From contig NW_027361728.1 in assembly GCF_039654945.1 (NCBI RefSeq), positions 64,294,001 through 64,358,000 of the forward strand: 64,000 bases of DNA. Direction: 5' to 3'. This document shows, one piece after another, positions 1 to 13,236 of this stretch (its first letter is position 1; each line of letters starts with the position of its first letter). The notes under the pieces are model-generated. The model was given only the letters and a program-made list of their open reading frames with translations, did not search any database and was not told the origin of the DNA. The position numbers were made by a program, and so were the translations under genes. The DNA is from Dendrobates tinctorius. Taxonomy: Eukaryota.

Positions 1-314
1 GAACGGGAGCGGGGAGCAGTCTCTGGGTACAGTCTCTCACGTCTCTCTTGTCGGTAAATCGGCTGCTTTCTCCTCGCAGGCTCCTCTCGGTGCCCCTGCA
101 AGTCACCCTGCGTCCTGCCTTCACTCTCTCTCTTCCCCAACTGCCACTTCAGCGCGTCCCCTGCTCCTTTTACCCTAGCCCCTCCCCCTGTTGCCCTGAC
201 AACCTCAGTCGCATGTCTCCCTTTGTAATTCCCCTGTTGTGCTTCCTTCAATAACTCTGATGGCGGTCCCCTTGGTTCCGGCCCAAACACTATATGGGGG
301 TCCTCCTCCCCACA
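1..314 (-). repeat. 3' LTR (partial) of the Gypsy element
   Basis: Begins TG on the minus strand at 314, right after the PPT; near-identical to 6259-6563. Confidence 0.95.
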
Positions 315-385
315 TTCCCCCACCCTGTAAGCTCGCCAGTCCTCGGGCGAGGGAGTAAGTCTATTAAGATTGGCCTGTAAAGGTG

Positions 386-3300
386 TTAATATTCGTTGCC
401 ATACGAACTGATCTTGTTCATATCGTTCGGGGGGTTTGCCGGCTGTTGACCGCTCGGAGCGTCTAAGTTCGACTGGGGTGGAATCTTCTGGGGTGGTGGA
501 TGTCGGTGGGCTGCATGGTGCTGGTGGGTTAATTGTGTCAACTGGCTCATTATTGGGTGGAGGGCCCTTGGGAACTGGAGGGAAATCCTCGTCTTCCGAG
601 TCCCAGCATATGGACTCCGGTTCGGATGTCTTTGGGACAGGTTCCAGTTGCTTTGGGTCGGTGGAAATACACGGGCGTAACATATTACGATGCACAATGC
701 GGGTGGGCAGTGTTTCATCCTGCTCGGGCTGTATTTCGTACACAGGTCCTTCTGGATGGATACGGCGTAGTACCCGATAAGGACTCTCTTCCCAACGTGA
801 CTCCAGTTTATTCTGGGGATATTGATCTAGTACAAGCACAAGGTCCCCGCTTTGGAGATGGGGAGGGGAGGTTGTATTCTTCCCTGGGTGTTCCCAGTCT
901 TGAAGTTTGGTATGTACAATTCGGTGAAGAGTTTGCAGCCTGTGGCGATGATTTCGGACCCAAGATGACACTCCGGTCCAGGGCCGAGGCTCTTCGGGGT
1001 CCAACTCTACCTCCGTGATCCCCTTACCCTCTCGTCCGAACAGCAGGAAATAAGGAGTATAGCCCGTAACTCGATGTACCCGATTATTATAAACCCACAC
1101 TAATTCAGAAACATATTCTGTCCAACGAGCTTTCTTGTCACTCTCCAGAGTGCGTAGCATTTGAATCAATGTCCGATTAAATCGCTCACAAGCCCCATTC
1201 CCTTGCGGGTGATATGGTGTGGTCCGGAATTTATCAATCCCATAAAGATGATGTAGTTCCTCCATAACTTTCCCCAAAAAACATGCTCCCTAGTCGGAAT
1301 GTATACGTTGAGGACAGCCGTACACTTGTATAAAGTTTCTGCAAATTGCGGAGGCGGCTGACTCCGCGGTCTGGTCTCGAGTAGGGGTGACCACAGCGAA
1401 CTTGGTGAAATGATCCACCATGACGAGGCAGTGTTCGTATCCCTGGAATGCGGGACCAATGTGCAGATAATCCACCGTCAGGAGCTCAAAGGGTGCTGAA
1501 GTCACAATCGTCTGTGTTGCGGCCCTCTGAGCAGGCGGTTTGGCCAATTCACATAAGCGGCAGATACGGCAAACTTCTTCCACAACAGCCGACAAGCGTG
1601 GGTGATAAACTTTCTGTTGTAACCATTGCAAAGTCTTTTTGACTCCAAAGTGGGCCCCTTTTTCGTGAGCCTCTTGAGCCAGCTCGTGTAGTTGAGCTCC
1701 GGGTGTAACCACCTGCCAAACAGTCGTTGAGGTAGTTTGCGAAGTGATTTTACAGTACAGTAGTCCCTTTCGGATAATCAGTCTCTCCCATTGTCGCAGC
1801 ATCAGTGACAGGTCTTGGGTCAAAGTTTGTCGTTGAGTATCAGTGGGTAATTGACCAGCGGCGACCCATGTCCGGAGAAGTCCAACTTCTTCATCTTCTT
1901 GTTGCTGTTGTATCCACTTATCCCGAGATTGTTCCAGGATGCCCCTGTGGGCCTCTGGGGAAGATACTTTTGCATCAACATTGGTGAGCACGGCAGCGGT
2001 AAGAGCGAACGGTATTTCCTCTCCTTCTAATTCTTCATCTCGATTCTGTCCGGGAGTTGTATGTCGAATCCTGGAAAGAGCATCTGCATGAACATTCTCG
2101 GCCCTTCTTTTGTAAATAATTTTGTAATTGTACTTCGCCATTCGGGCCACCCATCGCTGCTCCAAAGCCCCCAACTTGGCGTTTTCCAAATGAGCCAGTA
2201 GGTTGTTGTCAGTTCGCACTACCACCTCTGAGCCCGCTAGGTACTCTGCGAATCTCTCCGTCATAGCCCACACCACTGCGAGGAGCTCGAGCTTAAAAGA
2301 GCTGTAATTGTCAGGGTTACGCTCAGAGTCATGGAGTGAACGGCTTCCATAAGCGATCACCCTCTCCCGGCCATCCTGAACTTGTGACAACACAGCCCCT
2401 AGCCCGTGAAGACTCCCGTCAGTGTGCAGGATGAACGGCTGAGAGAAATCCGCATAAGCCAACACTGGGGCATCCGAGAGTGCAGCCTTAAGATCTCGGA
2501 AGGCCTCTTCCTGAGGGTGTTGCCACTGCATTTTTCGCCCATTGGCCCCAGCGGGAGCCCCCTTCAGCAGGTCATGCAGGGCTCGAGCTCGACATGCAAA
2601 ATTCTTCACGAAACGACGGTAATATCCAGCTAACCCCAGAAAAGCCCGCACGTCTTTCACCGTCTCGGGGGTAGGCCATTCCTGGATAGCAGCAACCTTC
2701 TCTCGGGACGGCCTCACACCCTCTGCCGAAACGACATGACCCAGATACTCAATCTGAGAGCGAAATAGGTGGCATTTCTGAGGCTTCACCTTCAACCCGT
2801 ACTTTTGCAGCTGCCTGAGTACCTGTCCCAACCGCTTCAGGTGGTCCTCGAAGGAGGCGGCATAGACAATGATGTCGTCCAGGTAGATCAACGTGGCCTC
2901 AAAATTGAGATCTCCTAAACATCGCTCCATCAATCGCTGAAAGGTCCCGGGGGCGTTGGCCAGCCCGAATGGCATACGATTAAACTCAAACAGTCCCATG
3001 GGCATTATGAACGCCGTCTTAGCTCTGTCCTCTTCTGACATGGGCACCTGCCAGTACCCACTGGCCAAGTCCAGGGTCGAAAAATATGTTGCTTTGCCCA
3101 ATGCAGACAGAGATTCTTCTATGCGGGGCAGTGGGTATGAGTCTTTAATAGTGCAAGCATTCAATTTACAATAATCCACACAGAATCGTAGTGTACCATC
3201 TTTCTTCCGGACCAACACGATGGGGGCCGCCCAAGGGCTTTGACTTTCCCGTATCACCCCTTTTTGCAGCATCTGAGCCAGCAAAGTTTTCACCTCTTGA

Positions 3301-4490
3301 TAGAGTTGTGGCGGGATCTGTCGATATTGTTCTCGGATAGGGGCCGCTCCTGCTGTGGGGATCTCATGAGTGATGGCAGTGGTACACCCAAAGTCGTCCT
3401 CACGGCTAGCAAATACTTCGTGGTACTGTCCCAGCAATGCTTTTACTTGTGAAGGTTGGGCCGCAGTTAGTCCAGAAAGCTCGGCCCGCATCTGCTCCAA
3501 AATATTTTGGCCCTTCTCTTGTGTCGAGACTTCGTGGGCCTGTAAGGTTCGTATTGTTACCTCCCAAGGATCCTCGGGGTGTACTCGTAATTGAACCGCA
3601 GGAGCGGGCAGCACTTCTTCTAAAGGCTTTACTAGTTTGGCCAGTACAGTCCGTGCTTTCAGGATGGTATCTCGGTCTTCAAGGTTAACGCAGCGGACCA
3701 GGACGGTTCCTTTTCGCACCGTAGCGAGGGAACGAGCCACCAGTATGCCAGGAGGTAAGTGCTCTGAGTGACACGGCTCCACTTGCACCTCTACGCCCTC
3801 CAAAGGTATCGGGGCCCGAATTGGCAGGGCCACCACTGTCTGTCCAGGAGGCAGCACAAGCAGGGGTGCCGCTGACGCGATGACCTTACCCAGAACCTCA
3901 CCCTCCTGGCAGTCCTGATGCACCCGCGCACCTCGCACCAGCTGCTGGAATACCTGTCCCTGAGCTGTGCGAGAACCCCACTGCTTCAGTGTCCTTTGTG
4001 TGGGATCATTAAGCAACAGGTTACCAAACTCTTTTAAAATATTCATGCCTAGGGTGACGGGGTGTCGTTGATCAGCTTCTCCTTGAGTCAGCACCACCCC
4101 TCTGCGGCCGAGGGGTTTACCGCACAACGTCATCTGCACCCACACTACCCCGGCAACCGGGACCGGCAGTTGGTTAGCGGCTACTAGTCTAATCATGGGT
4201 TCCCACTGGGGCCTTGCTGCCTCTGGAAAGTTTTGTTGAAAGTACGCTGCGGGCATAGTGGTTACTTGGGACCCCGTGTCCACCAGACACCGGACGGCCC
4301 GGCCCTCTACTTCTGCCCAAACTACTGGACACTTTGCTATCAAATCTTCGGGACTTCCACCACCCCTAGTTGTGGTTTTCGTCTCCGAGCGGCGTGCCCC
4401 CAGCCCGGTGCCCTTTAGTTTAATGGCCGCCGGGGTGGGTATCTCCCACGCCACGGACACTCTCGGGCGAAGTGGCCTGGTTCTCCACAC
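386..4490 (-). pseudogene. pol: Gypsy pol (protease, RT, RNase H, integrase) with a premature TAG at 1290-1292 and a frameshift near 845
   Basis: Motifs LVDTGS, LRFCVDY, YLDDII, HTDGSLHGLGAVL, HHCC and IHSD*G. The frame continues past the stop with TTPYHPQGNGACERFNRT. Confidence 0.95.
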
Positions 4491-5329
4491 TCATAACACC
4501 GGGCCGGTATAGGTTGACCACCCCGCGGAGAACGTGACCCCCAGGGACCGGGATTAACACTGGGTCGTTCAGTCTCTGGTTCGGTTCTTCTCTTTACTTC
4601 AGCCAACTCGCTCTTAATATTTTTCAATTCTCGCTTCATCTCCTCCACCAACTGGGGTTCCTCAACTGTGTTCGAGGAGGCCTCCACACCTCGGACCTTC
4701 CCCACGGGGACCGCCATCCCCTGCTCTTGCTCCCGAACCCGTGCCTGACTTCCCACTTCTGAAAAGTCTATTTGGGGATTCATTCTGATCTGTTCCCGTA
4801 ATGCCTGTTTTAGCAGTGGATCTCGCAGTCCAGTCACCAGTAGGTCACGTAGGGTAATGTCAACAGGTCCTACCCCTACCCCGTCTTTTCTTTCAATAGC
4901 CGTATGCAATTCTTGGAGCACATTCATATACTGGGTAATCGTCTCCCCTTCTGCCTGCATCCGACTAAACAAACGGGTCCTTAACTCTCCCACATCAGTG
5001 GGATCTCCGTGGGTCTGTTCCACTATCTGCAACACCTTTTCAAAAGTGTTGCGGTGCCCCGGAGGTTTCAACATCACTGACCTCCGCACCACCCCGTCTA
5101 GGGCCATGAGTGCCACTTCAGCTTCCAGGTCAGGGGTCATTGGGTGCATCCGAAAGAGCCCCCGCATTCGCTCTGTCCAGCTCCATAGCATAGTATTGGA
5201 GCCGGAAAATCTAGGCAGGTTGTTCAGCATGGCCCCCAATGAAAGGCTAGTACGGGGACCCTCATTATTTACAGATTCTACAGCTTTCCCCTGACCTGTG
5301 CCACCACCGTCTATGCTCGGAGACTGCAT
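4415..5329 (-). CDS. gag: Gypsy gag with CCHC zinc knuckle
   Basis: CYECGEPGHFARECP. The ATG at 5329 overlaps the PBS. The ORF ends A TTA AAC TAA, overlapping pol in a -1 frameshift arrangement. Confidence 0.9.
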   Translation of the reverse strand: MQSPSIDGGGTGQGKAVESVNNEGPRTSLSLGAMLNNLPRFSGSNTMLWSWTERMRGLFRMHPMTPDLEAEVALMALDGVVRRSVMLKPPGHRNTFEKVLQIVEQTHGDPTDVGELRTRLFSRMQAEGETITQYMNVLQELHTAIERKDGVGVGPVDITLRDLLVTGLRDPLLKQALREQIRMNPQIDFSEVGSQARVREQEQGMAVPVGKVRGVEASSNTVEEPQLVEEMKRELKNIKSELAEVKRRTEPETERPSVNPGPWGSRSPRGGQPIPARCYECGEPGHFARECPWRGRYPPRRPLN

Positions 5330-5345
5330 CCTGCCGACTACGCCA
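5328..5345 (-). promoter_or_regulatory. Primer-binding site complementary to the tRNA-Ser 3' end
   Basis: TGGCGTAGTCGGCAGGAT lies 2 nt after the LTR end and matches the vertebrate tRNA-Ser end ...ATCCTGCCGACTACG-CCA. Confidence 0.9.
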
Positions 5346-5347
5346 AA

Positions 5348-6563
5348 TGTAGGGTCGGACAGGTTCACAGGATGCAGTGACGAGACACTAAACGAATGGT
5401 GGTTTTCGAAGTTACTTTTATATAACTCTAGCCGATGGGCTAGGCTGAACAAAACAAGGAAAAAGAACAACACCAAACAGTCCACGCAGGGACTCAACAA
5501 TCTTAGCCAAATATAGGTTCACTTAGCCTTCCAGGGACTGCTGGGTTAGGTAGCGTGGCCGCGTTGAGGTCGCTGAGGCGGCTGTCCTGGGGAAAGTGAT
5601 GTCGATGGGGGCAACAGGCCCTGAAGAAAATAATAACGTTGGGGCGCAACAAGCCCTGAAGAAAAACGAGGACGTTGGGGCGCAACAGGCCCTGAAGGAA
5701 ACGGGGACGTTGGGGCGCAACAGGCCCTGAAGGTAATGCTGCCGCTGGGGCACAACAGGCCCTGAAAGAAACGCTGCCGCTGGGGCGCAACAGGCCCTGA
5801 AGGAAACGGGGACGTTGGGGCGCAACAGGCCCTGAAGGTAACGCTGCCGCTGGGGCGCAACAGGCCCTGAAGGAAACGCTGCCGCTGGGGCGCAACAGGC
5901 CCTGAAGAAAATGCTGCCGCTGGGGCGCAACAGGCCCTGAAGAAAACAATGCCGTTGGGGCTCAACAGGCCCTGAAGTAAATGATGGAGGTGGCGCGCGG
6001 TGATGACGCAGTTCCCCAGAAAGGCCTGTAGCCGTCCTTTACCAAGGAGTCTCTTCCTAAGCCAGGGTAGTGAGCCTTTAATCCCGCCTGTGACAAGGTG
6101 GCGTATCTTGAGGCCGATGATGGCCGGGGCGGCGTGATGGGGGAAGGCTGGGGGGAAGGGCCCAGGTCTCTGAGGCCTGGTTACCGGTACTCACGGCCAC
6201 AACCGGAGGTATAGATCCTCTCTCTCCAAGGCGGGGGTTAGCGGGGATAATTCTCTTAGAACGGGAGCGGGGAGCAGTCTCTGGGTACAGTCTCTCTTGT
6301 CGGTAAATCGGCTGCTTTCTCCTCGCAAGCTCCTCTCGGTGCCCCTGCAAGTCACCCTGCGTCCTGCCTTCACTCTCTCTCTTCCCCAACTGCCACTTCA
6401 GCGCGTCCCCTGCTCCTTTTACCCTAGCCCCTCCCCCTGTTGCCCTGACAACCTCAGTCGCATGTCTCCCTTTGTAATTCCCCTGTTGTGCTTCCTTCAA
6501 TAACTCTGATGGCGGTCCCCTTGGTTCCGGCCCAAACACTATATGGGGGTCCTCCTCCCCACA
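5348..6563 (-). repeat. 5' LTR (~1.2 kb, TG...CA) containing an internal ~35-bp tandem array at ~5605-5977
   Basis: Bounded by the PBS on one side and by homology to the 3' LTR on the other; ~11 copies of TGGGGCGCAACAGGCCCTGAA. Confidence 0.9.
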
Positions 6564-7029
6564 CATGTAACACAACTATATAACATACAGTCACAGCTGC
6601 GTCCAGTATTACAGCTCAGTCCTATTTATTGCTCTTGATTTGAACCCAGGACCCCAGCGCTGCATCCTACTGATTCCCCAATACTGAGCCACTGCCATGT
6701 TCCTATTACTGCAGCTGCTGTGTGGTACAATACCTGAGCTCCTCTTACTGCCCCAAATAACAATGCCTCCTTTGTGCCCTCTAGATGGTAAAATTGCCCC
6801 CACAAAGAATATTAATGCACTGTGCAAAAGCACTAGAAAACAGTATCCACATTATTCCCCTAGAAAATAATATTGCCCCATGTGCACATATGATGGCCAT
6901 TGTACTCTGAGTGCCCCTATAACAAATTTGCTTCCTTAGCGCCCACTTAAACATCTACTAATGTCCCATGAGTCCTCAATGTACAACTCCTCTATATACA
7001 TTATGATGTGCAAACTGCTCTCCTTTATA

Positions 7030-7820
7030 CAGCATAATTGACCCACAGTTCCTCTATACACAATATACTGGTCCCACAACTGCCCTCTACACAATATAAT
7101 GGGCCCACAGCTCCACTGTACACAGTGTGGTGGTCCCACATCTCCGCTATACACAGTATGGTGGTCCGACAGCTCCCCAATCACAGTACGGTGGTTCCAC
7201 GTCTCCACTATACACAGTGTGATGGTCTCACAGAGTATGAAGGGCCCACAGCTTCCCCTCACATAGCATGATGTCCCCGATGCTCCCCCAAAATACTGAA
7301 TAAAGAATCCCACAGTAGCACTCCGACTGTATAATGGCCCCCACATTAGTCCCCAAAGTGTTTAATGGTCCCAGAATTAGAGCACAAACTGAATAATGGC
7401 CCCCCCACATTAGCTCCCAAACTGTACAGTATAATGCTCCCCAAATTGTATAATGGTCCCAGCATTAGTCCCGAAACTGTACAATGCCCCCACATTAGCT
7501 CCCAATCTGTATAGTGAACCCCGCACATTAGCTCCCAAACTGTACAGTGGCCCCAAAATTAGTCCCCAAACTATGTAATGCCCTCCCACATTAGCTCCCA
7601 AACTGTATAATGGCCCCTGCATTAGTCCCCAAGCTGTATAATGGCCCCTGCATTAGTCCCCAAGCTGTATAATGGCCCCTGCATTAGTCCCCAAGCTGTA
7701 TAATGGCCCCTGCATTAGTCCCCAAGCTGTATAATGGCCCTTGCATTAGTCCCCAAGCTATATAATGGCCCCTGCATTAGTCCCCAAGTTATATAATGGC
7801 TGCTGAAATAGTCCCTAAAA
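7030..7820. repeat. Minisatellite, ~31-bp unit (ctgtataatggcccctgcattagtccccaag), degenerate to the left
   Basis: Near-perfect copies at 7600-7800. Confidence 0.85.
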
Positions 7821-10505
7821 TGTATGAGGACTCGCACACAGTTTCGGGGTCCCTCACACTATGTATAAGGTTCTCCCATTGTTTATGATGCCCCAACGTC
7901 ACACCACAAGTTTCAATAAAAAAAAAAACATAAACTCACCTAACCCAGGATCCTGACGAGTCCTATGGCAAAGCTACTCGCTGTAACAGCGCCGACTCCC
8001 GCACCAAACGTCAGAGTCCCAGTGCTGCGCCATGACAGCAATGTGCCAGAACTCTGATGTCCTCAGCGTGCATCGTTCTGTAGACCTGAGGCATAAAGCA
8101 ATCAGCAGTCTACAGAACAGGGAGCAGTAGTGCCAGGAGATCTACCACAGGGCTTAACTGTATATACGCATTATACATGCTGATTAATCAGGGGCAGTGT
8201 AGCTCTGGGTGGGCCCCCCTGAGCTTGGGGCCCTGGGTAACCATCCACTCCACCCCATAGGTAGCTATGCTACTGTATACTGTGGCTACAGACATCAAAT
8301 ATTACACCAGTCACATATCTCCCCGTATGTAGCTTCCAATGTTTGTGCACACAGTATATTATATCCCTAATATATCCTATACTATGTGTACAGACATCGA
8401 ATGTTATATACAGGATTATATGTCATGCTATATATATTACTCTGAGTACAGACATCAGATTTTATATCATCACATATTATCCTGTAAATAACATCAGATG
8501 TCTGTGCACATAGTATATAATATAGGAGTGACATATTCTCCAGTACATTGTATGTACTATGTGCACTATGTATACTATGATATGTACACTGACTGATCAC
8601 TCCTGGACCTGGCTACAGGACATACATGATATAATATTATTATATTATAATATATATTATCATGTATAAGTTGAACAGAGCAGGTCAGATATGACCTTGG
8701 TCAGATTTGACATCATTTGAAGTGTGACATCTTTAAAGTGTTACATCAGAAATATGCCAGAAATAGTCCAGAAATCGGTCAGAAGGTAAGAATAATCACT
8801 GCTTTCTTATTTTACTTGCCTTTCTTTTCATACCCTGCTATTTAACCATGCTCACATTTGCCCTCACCGTTTTTGCTCCACTAATCTTCACTCTCCTCCG
8901 CCATCCTCAAACCCCTGCACCCATGAACAAAATAACTATCTCCCCCTCTCTCTTCCCCCCCACCTCGCTTCAATGGCAGACCTGCTCCTTAACCTCAGAC
9001 CTCTCCTACTAAAATACAATACAAGTCGGCCACTCTCCTTCACCCACCTGCTTTCCCTTTCTCTGCTTCTTCTCACTGCTGGCGACATATCCCCCAATCC
9101 TGCCCCCCCCCCCCCCCGCCTCATACATCCCACTAATCCTCACCCCTATCTTTCTCACACTAAGAGAAACTACCGCAATCCCTCACACTTAAAACCTGTG
9201 CCACTGACCCCCACCCTCCCGCACCCTCTCTCTGGAGCACTTTGGAATGCCCGCTCCATCTGCAACAAGCTCCACATAATCCACAACCTCTTTACCTCCC
9301 ACAACCTTTCCTTCCTGGCCCTCACTGAGATCTGGCTGACACGGCCTCCCCGGCCGCACTGAGTTATGGCGGCCTCCACTTTACCCATACTTCTCGCCCT
9401 GGCAACAGACATGGTGGAGCAGTGGGTTTCCTCCTTTCTAAAAACTGCTCCTTCAACCCTTTCCAACCCCCACCCTCCCTTATCCTCCCTTCTTTCGAGG
9501 TTCACTCTGTCTGTATCTACTCTCCCTCTAATCTCCAAATGGCTGTCATATACCGACCACCGGGCTCAGTCACTGCCTTCATCGACCAATTCTCCACCTG
9601 GCTCCCCCACTTTCTCTCTGCTGACATCCCCACTATAATCATGGGGGACTTCAACATCCCCATTGACACCCACCAGCCAGCAGCCTCCAAACTCCTGTCA
9701 CTTACCTCATCCTTTGGACTTACTCAGTGGTCCTCCACAGCCACCCACACAGATGGACATACATTAGACCTCATCTTCACCCGCCTCTGTTCCCTACCCA
9801 ATCTCACAACCTTTCCCTTCCCCCTATCTGACCACCATCTACTCACCTTCTCATCCTCATCCTTCTCACCTGCCCCCCATGTCCAGCCACTAGCACATCC
9901 TTGCAGAAACCTCGCACACCGAGACACTCACAGACTCTCAGACTCTCTTCTACCTCTGTCCTCCATATCTTCACTCCACAACACGGACAGTGCTACCGCT
10001 TTCTACAACGCCACCCTCACAACAGCCACAGACTCAGTTGCCCCTCTCATGCATGGCAAAGTGCGACAAATCAATAGGCAACCCTGGCACAACAACCTCA
10101 CCAAAAAACTTCGACAAGCATTGAGGGTTGCTAAGCGGCGTTGGAAGAAAACACGCCTGCCAGACGACTTCACTGCTTTCAAAAAAGCTACACTTGCCTT
10201 CAAATCAGCCCTCACCTCTGCTAAACAGATCTATTTCACAAACCATGTATCTGCATTATCTCACAACCCAAATCAAATGTTCAGCACATTTAATTCTCTC
10301 CTCCCACCAATGCCACCTCCAACTCCACTCATCTCTGCTGAGGACTTTGCCACCTACTTCAAAAATAAGATCGACCAAACAAGGCAAACCTTCACTGTTC
10401 CATCACTCCATCCACTCCACATACCATACCTCTGTCCTTCCCTAATAACCTCCCTCTCCAACATCACTGAAGGAAAGCTTATTCATCTCCTTTCCAAATC
10501 ACACC

Positions 10506-11374
10506 TGTTATGAATGGGTCACCGAGGAGGATGGCAGGAACAGGCTAAGCCACCAGAAGACCAGAGAGGTTGGTAACTAAGCAGATTGCAGACCCCTGAT
10601 CCTATCCACACAACTAGCAGTAGCCGTGGAGCGTTCCTACGATGCCCTAGACGCTTCATCACAGCCGGAGGACTAACTAAGCCTAAAGACAGAAAGATGA
10701 AATCTAAACTGCCCCGGAGCAGATCCCCAAAGGAATAGACAGCCTCCAAACATATATTGTCGGTGAGAAAAGATGAGACACAAACACAGGCAGAGAACAG
10801 ATAGCAAACGGTGGGGCCCAAGCTGTCTAGACAGGACAGGACAGAAAAGATTCTGTCTGCAATCACACACAAAACCCTGAAAAAGTCCAACACTTCTGAT
10901 ATACAAAAAACCTGAGGATACACGACCTCACCCCCGCTAAATCAGAACTCTGGTATTACCTAGCAGCAAAGTAAAAAGATACTAACATAACAGGGGACTG
11001 AACAAGCTGCAACATATGAAGCAGGGCCCAGCGCTGCCCCCAGCAGGGAGTACACTGAACCCTAGCAGCAAAACAGAAAGCAAAAAAGAACACAACCAGA
11101 TTAGATGCAAAGGATTAGCAAAAGAATCACTTAGCTGAACCATGCAGATCAGGCACGGGACAAAAGAGCTCCAAATGCACACGGAGGAAATCACCAGCAA
11201 CCTCCAAGAGCAGCCAGCTCAATTATATGTTCCCAGCCAGTAATTCCAGGTTCCCAATTATTGTTGTCAGGTGGGGAACTTCCATCCACCTGGCCAGCTG
11301 CACTACTCTCAGGAACCACCAAAGGGAGCAGAGAGAGCTTCGAGTCAGAACTTTGAGCAAGGGAATTCACAACA
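10506..11374 (-). mobile_element. Solo LTR inserted in the L2
   Basis: TGTTATG...CACAACA ends; (c)acacc duplicated on both sides; the L2 frame SKSHL-TTCALD rejoins across it. Strand is inferred. Confidence 0.88.
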
Positions 11375-12466
11375 CACACCTCACCACCTGTGCACTTGAC
11401 TCCATCCCTCCCCAACCTCAATAACATGATCATGCCAGCCCTAACCCATCTCTTCAACCTATCCCTATCTTCTGGTACCTTCCCCTCTGCCTTCAAACGT
11501 GCCACCATAACACCCATCCTCAAAAAATCAAACCTTAACCCAACTGCTATGTCCAGCTATCGCCCCATATCACTGCTCCCGTTTGCTTCCAAACTCCTTG
11601 AACAGCATGTACATGCTCAACTTTCCTCCCACCTCTCATCTGACTCCCTCCTTGACATCCTCCAATCTGGCTTCTGCCCCCACCATTCCAGTGAAACTGC
11701 CCTGACCAAAATTACTAATGATTTACTCACAGCCAAAGCTAACAGACAGTTCTCCATCCTCCTCCTTCTCGACCTGTCCTCTGCCTTCGACACAGTCGAC
11801 CACTGCCTACTGCTACAAATTCTTTCTTCCCTTGGCATCAAAGACCTTGCCCTGTCCTGGATTGCCTCATACCTTTATGACCGCACATTCAGCGTTTCCC
11901 ACTCCCACAGTACCTTTTCATCCCCCCCCTCTATCTGTTGGAGTCCCCCAAGGCTCTGTCCTGTGGCCCCTACTTTTTTCCATCTATACTCTTGACCTAG
12001 GACAACTCTTAAAGTCCCATGGCTTCCAGTACCACCTGTACACAGACGACACTCAGATCAACCTCTCTGGCCCAGATGTCGCCTCTCTGTTGACCTGATT
12101 CCCGTCGTGTCTATCAGCCATATCCTCCTTTTTCACCTCTCGCTTCCTAAAACTCAATGTAGACAAAACTGAACTCATTATCTTTCCTCCATCTCACGTA
12201 TCTTCCCTACCTGATCTATCAATTATGGTAACCGGCATCACACTCTCCCCCGCACCTGAAATCCGCTGCCTCGGAGTAACTCTTGACTCTGCCCTGTCCT
12301 TCAAACCACATGTCCAAACTCTTGCCACCTCCTGTCGCCTCCAACTCAAAAATATTTCCAGAATCCGTCCCTTCCTCAGCCCTCAATCTACTAAAACTCT
12401 TGTACATGCCCTCATTATCTCCCACCTTGTCTATTGCAACACTCTCCTCTGTGGCCTCCCTGCTAA

Positions 12467-13236
12467 AGGATTTTGTGATGCCACAGCGATCTCGCCAGCG
12501 AAATCGCTGTGTGTGACACACATCAGCGACCGGCCCCCCCCACCGGAATCGCTAATCGTGCACAAATGTCCTGGGCCATTTTTTGATCGTTGGTCTCCCG
12601 CTGGCCAGCACGCATCACTGTGTGTGACAGTGAGAGACCAACGATCAGCGACGCTGGGAGCTGGTACCCAACGTAAACAGCAGGTATCTAAGAGCCGCAT
12701 GGCAGCATGGTGCCTCAGTGGATAGCACTGCAGCCTTGCAGTGCTGGAGTCCTGGGTTCAAATCTCACCAAGGACAACATCTGCAGGGAGTTTGTATGTT
12801 CTCCCCGTGTTTGCGTGGGTTTCCTCCGGGTACTCCGGTTTCCTCCCACATTCCAAAGACATACTGATAGGGAATTTAGATTGTGAGCCCCATCAGGGAC
12901 AGCGATGTTAATGTGTGCAAACTGTAAAGCGCTGCGGAATATGTTAGTGCTATATAAAAATAAAGATTATTATTATAACCCGCTGTTTATCCTGGAAACC
13001 AATGTGCACGCTGGTATCCAAGGTAAACAGCGGGTATCTAAGAGCCGCGTGGCTCTTAGTTACCCACTGTTTACCTTGGATACCAGCTTGCTCGCTGGTC
13101 CTGATCGCTGGTGGATCTGTCTGTGTGACAGCTCACCAGCGATCAGCTAACTATGTCCCAGCGATCCCATCCACGTCGGATCATTGGTGGGATCGCTGGT
13201 GGGATCGCTGGGACATTGAAGCATGTAACGGGGCAC
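12467..13236. mobile_element. PIF/Harbinger-type MITE (left TIR damaged) inserted in the L2
   Basis: TAA on both flanks; right end tgtaacggggcac; internal cagcgat/atcgctg motifs shared with 20357-20751. Confidence 0.7.
12701..12976 (+). mobile_element. tRNA-derived V-SINE with an L2-like tail
   Basis: A-box tgcctcagtgg; B-box ggttcaaatc; V-domain gtttgcgtgggtttcctccgggtactccggtttcctcccac; (tat)n tail. Confidence 0.88.

Larger units (their letters stand above)
1..6563 (-). mobile_element. Ty3/Gypsy LTR retrotransposon, near full length; 3' LTR cut by the window start
   Basis: 1-314 matches 6259-6563 (one substitution and one 9-bp indel seen). PPT (gggtgggggaa on minus) abuts the 3' LTR. PBS, gag and pol (PR-RT-RH-IN order) lie between the LTRs. 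Confidence 0.97.

Noticed and set aside
5605-5977. CRISPR-like repeat-spacer look; also partial boxB and hammerhead words (gccctgaagaa, gaaac)
   Set aside because: The spacers are ~14 nt and related to each other, the array is inside a eukaryotic LTR, and there are no cas genes. The boxB 3' arm and hammerhead stem II are absent.
12701-12775. tRNA gene
   Set aside because: It is the tRNA-derived head of the V-SINE.
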